DNA of 64,000 nucleotides from Alphaproteobacteria bacterium (GTDB lineage: Bacteria; Pseudomonadota; Alphaproteobacteria; UBA828). The notes under the pieces are model-generated. The model saw only the letters and a list, made by a program, of their open reading frames with translations, was not told the DNA's origin and did not search any database. The stretch is taken from positions 512,001 through 576,000 of the forward strand of contig CBDCRW010000004.1 of assembly GCA_965221125.1 (NCBI GenBank), in the 5' to 3' direction. Below are positions 59,750-64,000 of this stretch, piece by piece (position 1 is the first letter of the stretch; the number at the start of each line of letters is the position of its first letter). The position numbers and the translations under genes are program-made.

Positions 59750-60706
59750 TCAGCGAAGGTCCGGCATCTCGCTCAGCATCGCCTTGACCACCACCGCCGC
59801 GTTGCCCGCCGCAAGGTCGAGGAATATCTCCATCCGGTTCGCGCCCTCCCCGCCGCCGGCGAGGTCGGCGAGACTGCGCACCGCGACGAAGGGCACGTCG
59901 TTGGCGTAGGCGACATGCGCCACGGCCGCGCTCTCCATGTCGAGAACCCGGGCGCCGAACGTCTCGAAGACCCACGTCCGGAAAGCTGCATTGTCGACAA
60001 AGGCCCCGCCCGAGACCCCGGAGCCGCCAACCGCGATGCGCGGCGGCCTGTCGAGGCAGCGGCCGTCCGCCGTGCAGCGCGCCAGCGTCACCTTGTCCGC
60101 CGCGCGGCGCGCCGCCGCCAGCAGCGCCTCGTCCACCGGAAACCAGAAGCGGGTCTCCGGCCCGTCGGCTCCGGCACGCAGCACCGTGACCGAGCGCGGG
60201 AACATCATGCCGAAGTTCCCGTAGGGGTATTCGAAGAACGGCATCGTCGCCCAGCTGCCGTCGGTCTCGCGCGCGAACAGCATTTCCAGATACTGTCCCC
60301 AGCGCTCCGCGATCGCCACGTCGCCGATGCTCAGAGAAGGGTCGACGCCGCCCGCGATACCGGAGAACACGATCCTCTCGATGGCGAACCGGTCCAGCGC
60401 GAGCTGTGCCGTCATCGCAGCGTTGACGACACTGATCCCGCTCAGAAACAGCACCACCTTCTGTCCTTCGAGCGTGCCGGTCGCGAACTCCACGCCGTTC
60501 GCCGATTGCACTGCCCTGTCCCGCAGTTCCCCCTTGAGGATCTCCAGCTCCGGAGCGAAGGCTGAGACCACGGCGATGCGCGGGGTCTCGTCTCGGAAGT
60601 CTCGAGCATTCGCAGGCTCCGGTGCGCTCGCTGCGAGCATCAGGGCTGCCGACAGGCCGGCGAACAGGAGTCGAACCGCCCAGGGTGCAAATACCGGAAA
60701 GATCAT
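59750..60706 (-). CDS. MTA/SAH nucleosidase (purine nucleoside phosphorylase superfamily) with signal peptide
   Basis: SAFAPE, SGISVVNAA, FSGIAGG, LDMESAA and RSLADLAGG motifs; hydrophobic leader. Confidence 0.85.
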   Translation of the reverse strand: MIFPVFAPWAVRLLFAGLSAALMLAASAPEPANARDFRDETPRIAVVSAFAPELEILKGELRDRAVQSANGVEFATGTLEGQKVVLFLSGISVVNAAMTAQLALDRFAIERIVFSGIAGGVDPSLSIGDVAIAERWGQYLEMLFARETDGSWATMPFFEYPYGNFGMMFPRSVTVLRAGADGPETRFWFPVDEALLAAARRAADKVTLARCTADGRCLDRPPRIAVGGSGVSGGAFVDNAAFRTWVFETFGARVLDMESAAVAHVAYANDVPFVAVRSLADLAGGGEGANRMEIFLDLAAGNAAVVVKAMLSEMPDLR

Positions 60707-61059
60707 CGCGCGATTCTCAACTCGCCATGAAGATTGTCAATGTGGCTCCTCCACTGAACGGTCCGGTCCGGGCGTTCGTTCGTCGACGGTTTTGCCGTCA
60801 CAAACCTCGGATCCTTCATCGCACTCGCGGCCGCCTCGATCATGAAACAATCCAGCCGCGCGACCTGGTGCAGCACGGCCTGGCGCTTGTTGCCACGACG
60901 CTCGATCTGGAGTTGACTTGCTGCATCGACCGCCCGCTTGGGCTGGCGGTAGAGAAAGGCGAAGACAGACAAGACACAGGTTACACCCGATAGCCGGGCC
61001 CCGGGAGAGTTCACCCCTGCTCCTCGGATCGGCTTTCGATTTGGACGCCGGTATCCGCC

Positions 61060-62902
61060 ATGTCAATCAAGTCTGGAATGCCGGGCCGGCTTTTCCCGGC
61101 CCGATGGAACGGGCGGCTCTCGATCACGGTCACGCTGGCGACGGCGATCTCCCTGCTCGTTCTCGTCTCGGTCGGCGGCGTGCTCGGCGTCGGCATGTGG
61201 CTCGCCAACAAGAACACCCTGGCCCTGATGAGCGCCAACGCCAATCAGAGCATCGCCAACATGGTTGACCGGATCGAGCGTCATCTGCTGCCGGCCGAGG
61301 ACCAGGCTCGCTTCATTGCCGAGCGCATCGAGAGCGGTGAATTCGACCCGCAGGACCGCGCGACGTTCGGCCGGCTTGCTCACGGGCGGCCTCGCGGGCG
61401 TGCCGCAGATCGAATCGATATCGTTCCTCGACCCCGGATTGAAGACCTTCTTCGCCGCGCGCTACGAGGGCGGCCGCATCGAGCTGGGTGACGTGGACCA
61501 CTCGGACGATCCGAGATACCGCGAATACCTTGCGTCGATACCGGAGGAGCCGCACTGGGTCCCACCGTACTGGATCGAGCGCCATGGAGGAACCTATTTC
61601 AGCCGGGTCCATCCGGTGCGGCGCGACGGCGTCTTCGTCGGCGCAGCGGCTGCGACAGCGTCGATCCGGGAACTCTCGGCCTGGGTCCGCAAGGTCGGCA
61701 AGGGCGGCCCCGGCACGCGCTTCGTCCTGTACGGGAGCGACCGCGTGCTGGCCCATCCGCTCATGGCCGAGGGCTATCCCGGCCTTTCTCTCGAAAAGCC
61801 ATTGCCCGGTCTGGCGGCGTTTCGCGATGCTGTCCTAGCTGCGATATGGCGCGAGGAAGGGCGCTCCGAGCTGGTCATTTCCCTTGTGCAGGGAACGAAC
61901 GGGCATACGGTCAGGATCGATGGAGACGATCATGTCTTCATGTATCGCCGCCTGGACGGCTTCGGGCCGGAGCCGTTGATCGTCGGCGTCTGGTTCCACG
62001 TCGAGGATGTCAGCGCCGAGTTCCGACGGATGACCGTCGCCTTCATTGTCGGGCTCGGCGCCCTGGTTCTGTCGATTTTCGCCGCCGTGATCCTCGGCCG
62101 CCGGATTGCCCGGCCGATCGTGCGGTTCTCCGATGCGGCTGCAAAGGTTCGCGAGCTCAACATCGGCGAGATCGGCGACTTGCCGGGCAGCGCCTTCCGG
62201 GAACTCGACCGGCAGGCCAGGTCGTTCAACGCCATGCTGAGCGCGCTGCGCTGGTTCGAACTCTACGTTCCGAGGAAGATCGTCGAGCGGCTGGTCAAAC
62301 GCGGTGGCATGGACGACACCATGTCGTCAGAGCGCGAAATCACCGTCATGTTCACCGACATTGCCGGATTTTCGTCGGTCGCCGAAAGCCTGTCGGCCCC
62401 GGAGGTTGCGGCCCTGGTCAATCGCCATTTCGAGATCGTCGCCGGCTGCATCGAGGCCGAGGAGGGCACGGTGGACAAGTTCATCGGCGATTCGGTGATG
62501 GCCTTCTGGGGCGCACCGGACGCCCAGCCGGACGCCGCCGAACGGGCCTGCCGCGCAGCGCTGGCCATCGCCGACGGCATCAGGGCCGAGAATGTCCGGC
62601 GGCGGGCGCAGGGCGAGGCGCCACTCGGGATCCGCATCGGCATCCACACCGGCAACGCCACGGTCGGCAACATCGGCGCGCCGGGCAGGATCAACTACAC
62701 GATCATCGGCGACGCCGTGAATGTCGGCCAGCGTCTCGAACAGCTGGGCAAGACGCTGTATCCCGGGGGCAGTGAGGTGGCGATCCTGGTCAGCGAAGCG
62801 ACGGCGGGCGGACTGGGGCCGGATTTCGATCCCAAGCCTGTCGGCAAACACCGCGTCAAGGGACGCGCTGGGGAAGTCGACGTGTTCAGTCTTGGCAACT
62901 GA
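61060..62902 (+). pseudogene. Membrane class III adenylate/guanylate cyclase (sensor-HAMP-cyclase), frameshifted near 61370
   Basis: First TM segment in the frame of ORF 61060; remainder (TM2, HAMP, TVMFTDIAGFS, DKFIGD, GDAVN) in the frame of ORF 61265. Confidence 0.8.
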
Positions 62903-63241
62903 AGGACGGGGCTCGGCCGTTTTCGGCCCAAGTCCTGCCCGTCTTCGGCAGAATGCCGCTCAACTGCGTCGGACCCGAAGATGTGGCCGTGGGGTTCAAC
63001 GCGGCGGGCAAGGAGCGGCCCCGAGGGAGGCTGCGATCTTCCGACCGTTCAGCCCGGCATCGCACCGCGCGCATCGCCCCAGCGTCAAACGGTTACTTCG
63101 GGCGCCGAACCCAAGGCCGGGTGGAGGTCGTTGCAGAAATCCGAACCCTACAGACCCGGACGTGTGCGCCTGACACTGCATGCGCATGGGCAAAGCCGCC
63201 TTCCTCCAGCCTTGCATTTGCTCTACTTGTCACCCCAAGCA

Positions 63242-64000
63242 TCATGCATCATCTTTCTCCGCATTTGCATCCGAAGACGATTGACTCCGTTTGTCACGAC
63301 AACAATCGGGTATCTCGTCATGGCATAGAATCAAAGGCTCAGGGTTCCTTCCGTAGAAAATGCACTTGCCGAAAAAACGAATAAATCGGTAGATCGCAAA
63401 TGCCCTGCAGACCATTCCTGCTTCCAGCATAGCCGCAAGCATCACTTGGTCCGCAAAAAGTCGCCTTTTGTCAGTAGCAGGAATGCCAAGTTGTTGCCAC
63501 GCGATATACAGATAATCGTGGACAATGGTGGCTTCTAGGTGCGGACCCACACGCCCAACAAATGGACGAAACAGCCGCGGTACTGATGCAAGGTCAGTTA
63601 ACATGCCACGCGGCACCTTTATGTGGTGACCTATTGTCTTATTTTCAGCATCACAAAGTTCTACGTATATGATATAGTCATTGACGACGATATATTGATC
63701 TTCTGACTTGATGTGACGGAGTCGTTCTCTTCGACGTGCAAGGCATAAGTCCGACTTGTAGCGTACCTGTACAACCCGATCCCAGTTGCAGGACGGGTAA
63801 GGAGATTCCCGGGTAGTACAATCAGAATCCCTGAGTCCTTCATCGCTAGAATTATAATCTGCTTTCCGGTGTCTTCGGTTCTGGCACCAGACACGAGCAA
63901 GTAGATATATGGTAACGAGCGTTAAGACAACACTGTCGATCCAATTTCGATACTTGAGTGCATCAGCATCTTGAATATCTTTCCAACACCAAACGCCCAC
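63242..64000 (-). CDS. DUF1353-like protein (5' end outside window), low GC
   Basis: VPRGMLTDLASVP and ATIVHDYLY...AD motifs; AT-rich. Confidence 0.75.
   Translation of the reverse strand: MGVWCWKDIQDADALKYRNWIDSVVLTLVTIYLLARVWCQNRRHRKADYNSSDEGLRDSDCTTRESPYPSCNWDRVVQVRYKSDLCLARRRERLRHIKSEDQYIVVNDYIIYVELCDAENKTIGHHIKVPRGMLTDLASVPRLFRPFVGRVGPHLEATIVHDYLYIAWQQLGIPATDKRRLFADQVMLAAMLEAGMVCRAFAIYRFIRFFGKCIFYGRNPEPLILCHDEIPDCCRDKRSQSSSDANAEKDDA

Noticed and set aside
60703-61014. Short ORF between the nucleosidase and cyclase genes
   Set aside because: No recognisable motif or clear ribosome-binding site; left unannotated

Overview
High-GC chromosomal window from an alphaproteobacterium. The taxon is inferred from the rrn operon (16S-tRNA-Ile-tRNA-Ala-23S-5S-tRNA-fMet) and from gene content; it looks Rhodospirillales-like, but I cannot name a genus. 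Housekeeping genes: pmm (partial), galU, scpA/meaB, sdhCDAB-mdh, sucCDAB-lpdA, leuB-asd and the rrn operon. Catabolic and accessory genes: a xanthine-dehydrogenase-family molybdoenzyme operon, an inositol-like ABC/dehydrogenase cluster, aprMBA-sat, a di-haem peroxidase, a hydantoinase-B fusion with an aminotransferase, and RpiR-PhyH-cupin. Main observations: (1) a 2,090-bp ISAs1-family element whose transposase has an N-terminal DUF4338/DruA-like domain; it has a perfect 10-bp target duplication and splits an enolase-superfamily gene; (2) four co-oriented copies of a structured 125-180-bp repeat, each just past the stop of a minus-strand gene; (3) an apparent ~19-kb inversion separating mdh from sucC, with a low-GC HEPN-motif gene at the left junction; (4) an extra ~32-aa segment in the Sat zinc-site region; (5) a probable genomic-island boundary after tRNA-fMet, followed by a frameshifted adenylate cyclase and a DUF1353-like gene. 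No CRISPR array was seen. All family calls come from motif recognition by eye, not from database searches.
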